Shown: positions 1 through 8,276 of the stretch, piece after piece
How positions within the stretch are numbered: position 1 is the stretch's first letter
How the letters are laid out: every line of letters begins with the position of its first letter
Virus record (IMG/VR): IMGVR_UViG_3300021431_000075
Coordinates: 609,115 to 673,114 of that record
DNA length: 64,000 nucleotides
Source of the DNA: a virus
Lineage: Duplodnaviria > Caudoviricetes
Reading direction: 5' to 3' (one strand)
Notes under the pieces: generated by a model
Database searches by the model: none
Told to the model about the DNA's origin: nothing
The model's input: only the letters and a program-made list of their open reading frames with translations
Translations under genes and position numbers: made by a program

Positions 1-1722
1 GGATACGGGGCATACTATGGTGAAAACGCTACAACAGAAATAGGTCAAACTGGCATTGAGATGATTTCAACAGTTCTTGCGCCTCTCGGCGATGGTCGCG
101 TATTTACTGTTCCGAATAACAATAACATAAAGTATGTCATTATAGTTCTAAAAGCGCAAAATCATAATCAGCTTTTGGGTTCATGTCAGCTTGAACGCGG
201 CGAAGTTCCAACTGCATATGAACCTTATACTGAAAACGACAAGATTAAAGAGGAATTTCTTCCTGAATATAGTAGTTACGAAACAAGCGATACCATGCTT
301 GATTATTATACAGACATAACCACATTGACATATCCGAATATTAGCGACAAGTTTCCTAATTTCAGAGAACATTGGATTCTGAAAGACAAGGACTTGGTTG
401 TTGTTAATACAGGAACTTCATTAACTGCAAGAACAATCGAGCATTGTACAGAAAGAGAAGATGCTGCATATAGACCGCCATTGCTTCATAGCAATAACAT
501 CGCCAGTATGATTTGGGATAAGATAAAATGGGAAGGTCAAGAATACAGAAGATATGATTCGAAGACAGAACATGATGGTTCAACGAATATGTTTACGGAA
601 ACCGGAACATTCGCAACATCATTCAACTTATCAGAATGGGATGATGGCGGTTTCAGAAACGGTTTGACAAGATATGCAAGTGGTAGTTGTTCTGTTCAAT
701 TTACAATACCCGCTGATGCTCATCAGTTTAATTTCATTTATAGAACTGATTCTGTAGGCAGCACGGCATGTACGGTTAGTGTGACAAGCGGAACGGTTCA
801 AATATATAACGGAAGCGGATGGATTGAAGCAAACGGTTTTAGTTTCAGTATGCGAGAAAGCGCAGTAACTACATTGCCGAGCGTAACATACAAGAATCCA
901 TACACCGGTTCTAATGAAACAATAGAAAATGTTCAAGTAAAGGGAAATACCACGTATCAGAAGAGGCTTAAGTTTAGAGCGGTTAGCAATTCTGCAGCAA
1001 AGACTATAACAATAAGTAGTTCTTCTGGAAGATTTATGTACTGGGGAGTTGAATATTCTCCGAGAGATTATATGATTACTTATATAAATGCTGCACGTGG
1101 AGAGCATTCTTCAAGACTTGACAACCCGGATGGGACATTGAAACTTCTAATAAATTATCAAGATAATGAAATATGGGATTTCAATCCAGATTTAATATGC
1201 GCGGAAGATCCTATTCATAATTACGGCGGAGCAAAACTCGGTGAATATCATACAAAAACATTCTTTGCACAAGCAAGCGAAAACTTTTTCTTTGCAGATA
1301 ATGGAATAAGCATGCTCTCAAGATTAAACACTCTTGGGAAGAATGTCCCTGAATTTATCATTCATAACTCATCTGTATGTAGGAATTTTTTGACAGAAAA
1401 CAATGTTTCACTTCTGGTTAATGGAGACTTGCCGGTAGTTCACATAAAAGATGGTTCAACTAATAAGATTGGATGGACCGCGCTTGATGCACAAAGTAGC
1501 ATTTATCTTTATATGCTTGAAAATCATTCAAACATCATCTATATAAACGCGTTTAGAAACTGGATTGAAGCGTGCAACAAATGCTATGGAAATCTTGAGA
1601 ATGCTACAACAGGAACCGGAAAGAACGGAAACACTTTCTCTGATGAAGGCTCTCATTATAATGATACTGGATGCAAAGTTATGGCAAGAGTGATATTGCC
1701 GGTTTTTGATTTTATCGTTTAG
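1..1722 (+). CDS. 3' part of tail-spike/fibre-like protein with C-terminal SGNH/GDSL-like hydrolase domain (5'-truncated by window)
   Basis: Frame is open from base 1. C-terminal NAARGEH and DEGSHYNDTG-like SGNH blocks follow beta-rich domains; AT-rich accessory composition. Confidence 0.55.
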   Translation, partial: GYGAYYGENATTEIGQTGIEMISTVLAPLGDGRVFTVPNNNNIKYVIIVLKAQNHNQLLGSCQLERGEVPTAYEPYTENDKIKEEFLPEYSSYETSDTMLDYYTDITTLTYPNISDKFPNFREHWILKDKDLVVVNTGTSLTARTIEHCTEREDAAYRPPLLHSNNIASMIWDKIKWEGQEYRRYDSKTEHDGSTNMFTETGTFATSFNLSEWDDGGFRNGLTRYASGSCSVQFTIPADAHQFNFIYRTDSVGSTACTVSVTSGTVQIYNGSGWIEANGFSFSMRESAVTTLPSVTYKNPYTGSNETIENVQVKGNTTYQKRLKFRAVSNSAAKTITISSSSGRFMYWGVEYSPRDYMITYINAARGEHSSRLDNPDGTLKLLINYQDNEIWDFNPDLICAEDPIHNYGGAKLGEYHTKTFFAQASENFFFADNGISMLSRLNTLGKNVPEFIIHNSSVCRNFLTENNVSLLVNGDLPVVHIKDGSTNKIGWTALDAQSSIYLYMLENHSNIIYINAFRNWIEACNKCYGNLENATTGTGKNGNTFSDEGSHYNDTGCKVMARVILPVFDFIV

Positions 1723-1743
1723 TTTTATTAAATACAAAAAATG

Positions 1744-1780
1744 AAGGATTCTTAAAGTTTTGTTTCAAGAATCCTTTTTT
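1744..1780. terminator. Bidirectional intrinsic terminator between convergent genes
   Basis: AAGGATTCTT...AAGAATCCTT stem followed by T-run. Confidence 0.75.
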
Positions 1781-1800
1781 TGATTATAAATTTAATCAAT

Positions 1801-2907
1801 TTAATTATCAATATAAATCTCTGCAGAAGGGAAATTAGCGAATGGGATTTCTACAATATAGGAATTGTTACCTAATGATATGAGATTCCTATTGCTTGTG
1901 ATAGATTTTCCTTGCAACGGTGTTCCCGATGTAGAAAATTTCACACTAATTGGAACTTGCAAGAGTTCTGTATTTACATTCAATGTATTTTGTGTTTCAA
2001 GACGAATTGATAATCTGTTTGTCGAGTCGTACTTTGGTGAATACATCACAGCTTTTGTTATAATACTACGATATACGAAATAAGCAAGTGCTTCACCATA
2101 TCCAGCAAAATATATTTCATTGTTTGTATTCTTATTTGCAAGCATTTGAAAATACTGACGATAAATAGAGCCTTCTGCATCTATCGTGGTTACTGTTTCT
2201 CCACATGCTTGTTCATTTGCTAAGATTGTGTGCCAATGAGTGAAATTATTTAACCAACCGCCATTAAGAAGTGTTTCATCTATCTTTGCAGCAACAGTGT
2301 TAAGATATGAAATACCTATCGGATTGTCACCATTTGATGGGAATGCAGTATCATGCCATCTAAATGTACTTTCTTTGCTAATAAATCGTGCTATTGAATA
2401 AGGCATATTATTCGGTGTTCCATAACCGACACCATAATCAGTTTCACCGCTTATTCCTGAATTCCTTCCACCAAGCCAATATCCATCACTTTCTGCATAA
2501 GATTTGAAAGTCTGATTACCATAAGAGTAAGAAAACGCATTAGGCACTCTACCATACTGTTCAACAAACCTTGGTATATGATAATCATCTCTATATTCAT
2601 TATACATATCTTCTGATATGATACCACTGGTTGTACTTGGGTTTGCATTTGGGGTCCAGAAATAAACATCTGGCCAAAATAAGTTATTATCTATTAGTTC
2701 ATGTATTTTTTCAGTTGCTTCGTTTCCATAATTAGTATAATACATAAACGCGCCAACTTTAATGCCAAAATCTTCTGCAAGGTTCAAGACGCCAATAGAA
2801 CCATTTTGAACTTGGTCGCTTTGTTCTGTATATGTCATCTTTTTGCCTAATCTATGAGCACATATTTCTACATCATAGTCTTTTCGTGGGAAAAATATTA
2901 CATTCAT
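1801..2907 (-). CDS. Polysaccharide deacetylase (NodB/CE4)-like protein, last gene of left cassette
   Basis: 368 aa; FSYSYG and GGWLNNFTHWH resemble CE4 motifs 3 and 5. Confidence 0.5.
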   Translation of the reverse strand: MNVIFFPRKDYDVEICAHRLGKKMTYTEQSDQVQNGSIGVLNLAEDFGIKVGAFMYYTNYGNEATEKIHELIDNNLFWPDVYFWTPNANPSTTSGIISEDMYNEYRDDYHIPRFVEQYGRVPNAFSYSYGNQTFKSYAESDGYWLGGRNSGISGETDYGVGYGTPNNMPYSIARFISKESTFRWHDTAFPSNGDNPIGISYLNTVAAKIDETLLNGGWLNNFTHWHTILANEQACGETVTTIDAEGSIYRQYFQMLANKNTNNEIYFAGYGEALAYFVYRSIITKAVMYSPKYDSTNRLSIRLETQNTLNVNTELLQVPISVKFSTSGTPLQGKSITSNRNLISLGNNSYIVEIPFANFPSAEIYIDN

Positions 2908-2914
2908 AATAACA

Positions 2915-4240
2915 TTAAATCTTTACCTTAATTGTGTAGTTTGTGCTATCAATGTAAGCATATCCAGTTTCAATATTTGTGCCGTCGCTTACTGGTAAGT
3001 CAGCAAGTAAATTCTCGATTGTTGGCGTTTCGGATTCGCCTCCATCTTCACTACTTCCACCACTGTTGTTGGAACCTTTAATCGCATAACCCTTTATTTT
3101 TGATATTTCTTGCATAAACGGTTCAAATGATGGTAAAGTATTACCTTCACAAATCATCAATTCATCATAAGGTGTTTCCCAATCTTGAGGAATTGTACTA
3201 CTATTTGACTTTATATTAAAAAGAAGATATGCAGCATTATTCGGAGATGTGAGTGTTTTTGGAGATAAAAAACCTTTTGGATCTGAAAAAATATATGGAG
3301 AAGTGCCGCTTAATTCAATTTTTGCATCATTTGAATCACGGAAAACAAAATAACCAGCACGTCCGAGATAAAAACCACCGAATGTATAATCTGTATTTGG
3401 TTTAATTGCAATCCTAATATAACTCCAATCAGAACCGTTTGTAATATTACCAGTATTTGAAATGTATTTTCCTTCAACAATATTATTTGTCTTGTCTGCA
3501 AGATTCTTTCCGCTCGGTTCCAGAGTTAAATCATTATTATCTATATATTCTGTTAAATCAGAATGTTGTACATATTGCTGTAATGATGTAGATAATAAAG
3601 GATTAACTATATCTTCAATTTGTGAATTTGGAACTTTCAGTTCATATCCTTTTATTTTATTGACATAACTATAATAAGGTTTAAAAGAAGGTAAAGTATT
3701 ACCTTCACAAAGCATCAATTCATCATAAGGCGTTTGCCAATCTTGAGGAATTGTGCTACTGTCTGATTTTATATCAAAAAGAAGGTATGCGGCATTACTT
3801 GGAGTTGTGATTGTTTTGGGAGACAAAAAACCGTTTGGGTCTTTAAAGGCATATTGAGATGTTCCGCTTAATTCAATTTTTGCATCATTCGTGTCATGAA
3901 AAACAAAATAGCCTGTCCGTCCGAGATAAAAACCACCGAATGTATAATTTGTGTTTGGCTTGATTACAATCCTAATATAACTCCAATCAGAACCGTTTGC
4001 AATATTACCAGTATTTGTAATGTATTTTCCTTCAATAATATTTGTCTTGTTTGCAAGATTGTCACTTGCAACGATTGACAAATCATCATTACTTATAAAC
4101 TTCTCATTTACTTCATCAATAACATCTTGAATATTGTCAGCATCTAAACCACTTGTAGATGAATCATAAGATACTAAAGAAGCAACTGTGCTTATAGTAT
4201 AATCACGTTCTTCAACATTTATCTTCGTTACATTAGCCAT
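2915..4240 (-). CDS. Putative receptor-binding/fibre protein with two tandem carbohydrate-binding-like domains
   Basis: 441 aa; internal duplication with ~558-bp offset (NLAxKTN..IEGKYI..DWSYIRI..YTFGGFYLGR..PYDELM). N-terminus MANVTKINVE resembles MGNPIVTKITVE of 6290..8248. Confidence 0.55.
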   Translation of the reverse strand: MANVTKINVEERDYTISTVASLVSYDSSTSGLDADNIQDVIDEVNEKFISNDDLSIVASDNLANKTNIIEGKYITNTGNIANGSDWSYIRIVIKPNTNYTFGGFYLGRTGYFVFHDTNDAKIELSGTSQYAFKDPNGFLSPKTITTPSNAAYLLFDIKSDSSTIPQDWQTPYDELMLCEGNTLPSFKPYYSYVNKIKGYELKVPNSQIEDIVNPLLSTSLQQYVQHSDLTEYIDNNDLTLEPSGKNLADKTNNIVEGKYISNTGNITNGSDWSYIRIAIKPNTDYTFGGFYLGRAGYFVFRDSNDAKIELSGTSPYIFSDPKGFLSPKTLTSPNNAAYLLFNIKSNSSTIPQDWETPYDELMICEGNTLPSFEPFMQEISKIKGYAIKGSNNSGGSSEDGGESETPTIENLLADLPVSDGTNIETGYAYIDSTNYTIKVKI

Positions 4241-4260
4241 TTTCTGATGATGAAGTCATT

Positions 4261-4338
4261 TTATTGTTCTTCTATTGATACTGTTTCAACTGAGTTTTCT
4301 TCAAAATCAGCATCCTTGATGATTAAAAGTTTTCCCAT
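4261..4338 (-). CDS. 25-aa micro-protein MGKLLIIKDADFEENSVETVSIEEQ (first ORF of left cassette; absent from ORF track)
   Basis: Manual translation; clear paralog of 6194..6268 with synonymous changes. Confidence 0.75.
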   Translation of the reverse strand: MGKLLIIKDADFEENSVETVSIEEQ

Positions 4339-4363
4339 TGATTGCACTCTTATTTTTAGAAGT

Positions 4364-4387
4364 TTGTTTCTAAACAGGTAAGTTTCG
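4364..4387 (-). repeat. Left inverted repeat (IR-L), putative recombination site
   Basis: TTGTTTCTAAACAGGTAAGTTTCG is the exact reverse complement of 6107..6130. Confidence 0.95.
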
Positions 4388-4420
4388 CTTTTTTATGATT
4401 GTAAAATTTACAGTCATAAC

Positions 4421-4454
4421 AAAAGAGAGAGCGAACATCAATCCGCTCTCTCTT
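4421..4454 (-). terminator. Intrinsic terminator of the recombinase gene, just inside IR-L
   Basis: AAGAGAGAGCG/CGCTCTCTCTT stem with T-run on minus strand. Confidence 0.8.
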
Positions 4455-4480
4455 GTATACATTAAAAATAAAATAATCAA

Positions 4481-5473
4481 TCAATCATTCCAGCATACGT
4501 ACTTTCCAAACGCGCTTTCCGATTTATGTCCAGATGCGCGTCTCACTTCTTCGTTGTGCAACCCACGTTTGATTGCATTTGTAATCATCGTTCTTCTTGC
4601 CGTATGTGAACTGATAAGCTCATAGAACTTGTATGTCACTTTCTTCAGTTCCCCGTTCTGCTTATACTCGTATACGATCTCATCATCAAAACCGGCAAGT
4701 TTGAACAGTAAGTGAAGATACTTGTTATAGTTCTCTGTGCCTCCCTTGTATGGATTCGTATAGTTATACTTCATAAGAAGTCCCTCTATTATTTTTGGAT
4801 ATGGAGCTATCCTTTTCAAATCTATGACTGCTTTGTTTCCTGTTTTCTTCTGAATAATCGTAAGAACGTTGTTATTGAACATCGTCTTGTCGATTCTTTC
4901 GATGTCAGATATTCTCTGTCCAAGCGCGCATGAAATGACAAACTGGTCCCTGACTTTCGTAAGAGTCTGCTTGAGCTGTGGTCTCACGTCAAGAGTGCTT
5001 ATGTCAAAATATGTTATTCTGGATACTTCATCTTGCGTCAAAGCAATCTTTGGTCTCTTGTCGCTACCCGGCATGTAACAGTCTTCCAGTGTTGGAGACA
5101 CTTTCGCCCCGTACTTGGCAGACCATTTCAGAACTGCCGAAATCTTGCAGCAGATGTTGTTGATTGTGCTTGTTGCAAGGTTCTTCTGAAGAAGGTAAGT
5201 ATGAAATTGCTGCCAGAACACATCTCCGATTACAATCGGGTAAAGAACGATTTCATTCTCGTTCTGGATATTCATCAAGTGCATCTTCACTTGAGAGTAT
5301 CTCCGTTCAGCTGCTTTCGTTGATGCTTTTGAGCGAATCTTCACATACTGGTCAATACATTCAAGAACCGTTGCATTCTTGAGATTGATAAAATGGTTAA
5401 ATTTGTCCGTGTCTGCAAAGATTTTAAAATTTGGACACTTCTTTTCCGGTTCTTCCGATTTTATATCTGCCAT
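4481..5473 (-). CDS. Tyrosine recombinase (phage integrase family), likely invertase
   Basis: Catalytic residues intact: GQRISD (R), QKKTG (K), SSHTARR (HxxR), SGH, FGKY (Y). N-terminal SAM-like domain; only 330 aa with no obvious arm-binding domain. Confidence 0.92.
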   Translation of the reverse strand: MADIKSEEPEKKCPNFKIFADTDKFNHFINLKNATVLECIDQYVKIRSKASTKAAERRYSQVKMHLMNIQNENEIVLYPIVIGDVFWQQFHTYLLQKNLATSTINNICCKISAVLKWSAKYGAKVSPTLEDCYMPGSDKRPKIALTQDEVSRITYFDISTLDVRPQLKQTLTKVRDQFVISCALGQRISDIERIDKTMFNNNVLTIIQKKTGNKAVIDLKRIAPYPKIIEGLLMKYNYTNPYKGGTENYNKYLHLLFKLAGFDDEIVYEYKQNGELKKVTYKFYELISSHTARRTMITNAIKRGLHNEEVRRASGHKSESAFGKYVCWND

Positions 5474-5511
5474 GACGACTTTATTTAATTGTAATTATTG
5501 TTGTTTGTGTC

Positions 5512-5521
5512 TGCAAAATTA
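5512..5521 (-). promoter_or_regulatory. Bacteroidota-type -7 promoter element upstream of recombinase
   Basis: TAATTTTGCA on minus strand (consensus TAnnTTTG); -33 element not convincingly placed. Confidence 0.5.
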
Positions 5522-5654
5522 TAATTTTAATCTCAAAGAAGAAATTATACGGAACATATTTGAGAAAAATTTAACTTTAATTAAGCCAATTTGTAGTTTT
5601 GTCTATTCAAAATGAAGAAATCTCTCATTTTTAAGCGTTCAAAATAAAAGCAAA

Positions 5655-5662
5655 GATAAATA
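5655..5662 (+). promoter_or_regulatory. Late-promoter motif inside invertible segment
   Basis: GATAAATA, same motif as upstream of most structural genes. Confidence 0.5.
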
Positions 5663-5687
5663 AAATCAGAAGGATTGATACTATCGA

Positions 5688-5859
5688 GCATGATGCGAGT
5701 GGCTTTGTAAAATGCATTAGATTGCAGACGCAAGGTTTCATTCTAACGAGTTTGAAAAGACATTCCGTCAAGAAACCTCCGGTTTTTCTATTAGGCTGGA
5801 AAGTTTCGCCGGGAATCATCACCGGACTTTACAGAGGATTTTCCGCACATCGCATATGT
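5688..5859 (+). ncRNA. Putative structured RNA inside invertible segment
   Basis: Nested stems 5688-5698/5850-5859 and 5703-5711/5828-5836 enclose hairpins 5713-5726, 5733-5778, 5779-5799 and 5809-5825; G-U pairs favour + strand. Confidence 0.4.
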
Positions 5860-6018
5860 CTGTAGATAATGTACGTGCTAATATCTATAATAGATTTGTT
5901 TTTGATGAGACTCTTCGCAAGTCTGCATGAAATGACAATTTTCTCATAAAACGACAATGGTTCTATTTAGTGTTTCTTCACGACAGTCAGCAAATAAAAA
6001 CAATGCTAAAAACGTTAA

Positions 6019-6026
6019 GATAAATA
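6019..6026 (+). promoter_or_regulatory. Late-promoter motif pointing out through IR-R (switchable promoter)
   Basis: GATAAATA 80 bp before IR-R. Confidence 0.65.
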
Positions 6027-6106
6027 CTAAAATAATGATTATTCGAACTGATGCTGTGATGAACATTTCAGAGAAGAATATCCGTTTCGATAACAAGTTT
6101 GAAAAA

Positions 6107-6130
6107 CGAAACTTACCTGTTTAGAAACAA
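6107..6130 (+). repeat. Right inverted repeat (IR-R), putative recombination site
   Basis: CGAAACTTACCTGTTTAGAAACAA; contains imperfect dyad CGAAAC-TTACCT-GTTTAG. Confidence 0.95.
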
Positions 6131-6193
6131 TCGTTAAAAATACTAACACTCTTGTTTTAATCATTTTAAAATAACATTTGTAGAAAAGTTTTC

Positions 6194-6268
6194 ATGGGAA
6201 AGATTGTTATTATCAAGGATGCAGATTTTGAAGAAAATTCAATAGAAAGAACATCATCAAATCAATAA
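6194..6268 (+). CDS. 24-aa micro-protein MGKIVIIKDADFEENSIERTSSNQ (first ORF of right cassette; absent from ORF track)
   Basis: Manual translation; paralog of 4261..4338. Confidence 0.75.
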   Translation: MGKIVIIKDADFEENSIERTSSNQ

Positions 6269-6289
6269 AAATGTTTCTATTAACAAAAG

Positions 6290-8248
6290 ATGGGTAATCC
6301 AATTGTAACGAAGATAACTGTTGAAGATATTCCATATAAAATAAAAGGAACTTTATATGACGAACTTGGCAACAATACTGATGGTGGTGTAACACAAGCA
6401 GCATTGACAGGCTTGTTCAATAATGTTGATTTGTCACTGTTCGATTTTAACAACAAAACAGAGAACTTCAAACTCACATCGACTGATGGTTTCTACATCA
6501 TTGATTCAACAGGAAACATTTGTTTAACAGTAAACGGAAATGGCGTTTTTGATGTATTAGACATCGGAGTGAACATCAGAAGCAAAATCGGTTCAATTAC
6601 TTCTGAAAGTATCAATACTGCAATCACAACAGTCAACGAAGCAATAGACAGCATTGATAATGACGTAAGCAAAGTAAATAGCAAGTTATCAAACTATGAG
6701 ATTACAAGCGAAGATGGCTTCAGAATAGTCGACCCTGACGGAAACATATGTTTCATTGTAAGCAGAAACGGAATGCTGGATGCTCTTGGTTTGGGAAACA
6801 ACTTGACAGAAATCATCAATAATATAATTTCATCTGGTTCTTTGTCTGTAACTACTCATGAAATTCCGCTTGATATTGAATATGGTGGCTTGACATTTGA
6901 CGGTTCTATGACAGGTTCTGATGCAAGAACTGCATTCTTCAACTTAAAGAGAACAAAGAACTTCATCAAGAGAAATACATTTGAACTCACATTGACGAAT
7001 TGTACTGCTCAAGTCTATATGTATGATAGCAGTTTTAATTTTATAAGAATCGTTGATTATGCAACATATATAGAGAATCCGAGCAACTATTCATTCTATG
7101 CATACAAACTTTTGTTCACGATTACAGATACGACAAATGAAATGAATGTCGTATATGAAGCGAATGATTGCCAGTATATCAAGAACAAATATACATCATT
7201 AACGGAAATTTCTTTCGTTTATGAAGTTCAAATAAACATTGGCAAAGATGTTCTCGATGATGACCCGACAATCGAAAGAATAATTGAGGATAAGTATTAC
7301 AATACAGGTTTTATAAAACTGCCACCAAACTATTCACAGACTGGAAGTCCAACACCTTTGATTCTTTTTGCTCATGGTAGTGGTGATTATGGAAGTATAG
7401 GTGCAAGTGTAATGACTACGAACTATGCTGCATATTATGAATATCTTCAAAAAGAAGGTTATGCTATATTTGACTGTTATGGTTCATCGAATTATTATGC
7501 ATCAAAATACAACCTTGCATATTCTGTATCTCTCGGAACACCAACAAATATGAGTTGTATCAATGCTGCATACAAATGGGTATGTGAACATTATAATGTT
7601 GATACATCAGGAATATATGTAACTGGAAAATCATTAGGCGGCATTATTTGCTTTGCTATGTTATATCAAAATTCTATTCCGGTCAGATGTGTCGGTGCTC
7701 TTGCGCCATCTATAGATGCACGTTTTCTTTCTGAATATGTTTTTGGTTATAATGATAAAACGCAGAATTTCTGTTTTGAAGATTTGGGATTTGATGTGAA
7801 TGACGGAGACACGAATGAAACGATTTTGCTGAATAATGTTGACAAGTGTGCTAATTTTATTAACTCATTGAGAAATATAACTTACGCAGAAATCGATAAT
7901 ACTCAAATAACATCTCAAAAGGAAATAGTAAGACAACTTATAAACGTTTCGCCCGGAAATGCAAAATACTCAAAACTGGAAAGAATTTGCAATGTTCCTA
8001 TTAAGATATTCATCGCAAATGATGACAAGATAGTAAGTCTTACTGGCTGCAAATATTTCATCAATTCTATCAAAGCAACAGGCGGTGATGCAGAAATACG
8101 CTTATTTCCTTCAAATACTGGAGGGCATCATGCGGTAGATACTGACACAAACGCGTTAAAAGTCAATGTTACTACAAAACTCGGCTATGATTGTTCAGAC
8201 GTGCCATTGGCATACGCAGAACTCGTGCAGTATTTTAGAAAATATTGA
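6290..8248 (+). CDS. Putative tail-spike/receptor-binding protein with C-terminal alpha/beta-hydrolase (esterase) domain
   Basis: LFAHGSG oxyanion motif, VTGKSLGG nucleophile elbow, candidate catalytic D (ANDD) and H (GGHH); duplicated N-terminal DGFxIxDxxGNIC module and short coiled coil. Confidence 0.7.
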   Translation: MGNPIVTKITVEDIPYKIKGTLYDELGNNTDGGVTQAALTGLFNNVDLSLFDFNNKTENFKLTSTDGFYIIDSTGNICLTVNGNGVFDVLDIGVNIRSKIGSITSESINTAITTVNEAIDSIDNDVSKVNSKLSNYEITSEDGFRIVDPDGNICFIVSRNGMLDALGLGNNLTEIINNIISSGSLSVTTHEIPLDIEYGGLTFDGSMTGSDARTAFFNLKRTKNFIKRNTFELTLTNCTAQVYMYDSSFNFIRIVDYATYIENPSNYSFYAYKLLFTITDTTNEMNVVYEANDCQYIKNKYTSLTEISFVYEVQINIGKDVLDDDPTIERIIEDKYYNTGFIKLPPNYSQTGSPTPLILFAHGSGDYGSIGASVMTTNYAAYYEYLQKEGYAIFDCYGSSNYYASKYNLAYSVSLGTPTNMSCINAAYKWVCEHYNVDTSGIYVTGKSLGGIICFAMLYQNSIPVRCVGALAPSIDARFLSEYVFGYNDKTQNFCFEDLGFDVNDGDTNETILLNNVDKCANFINSLRNITYAEIDNTQITSQKEIVRQLINVSPGNAKYSKLERICNVPIKIFIANDDKIVSLTGCKYFINSIKATGGDAEIRLFPSNTGGHHAVDTDTNALKVNVTTKLGYDCSDVPLAYAELVQYFRKY

Positions 8249-8276
8249 TTTCAATTATTAAAACAAAACAAAGATT

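Larger units (their letters stand above)
4364..6130. mobile_element. Invertible DNA segment (phase-variation switch) carrying its own tyrosine recombinase
   Basis: 24-bp perfect IRs, internal recombinase gene, terminator at left end, outward late promoters at right end, divergent paralogous cassettes outside. Confidence 0.85.

Noticed and set aside
1551-1560. Third recombination site (GTTTAGAAAC matches part of the IR)
   Set aside because: Only 10 bp, inside coding sequence, and lacks the spacer and other arm.
2915-4240. Diversity-generating retroelement TR/VR pair
   Set aside because: Both copies are in-frame domains of one gene, differences are not adenine-specific, and no reverse transcriptase is present in the window.
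4481-5473. Prophage integrase with att site
   Set aside because: Flanking repeats are inverted rather than direct, phage genes lie on both sides, and no arm-binding domain is evident.
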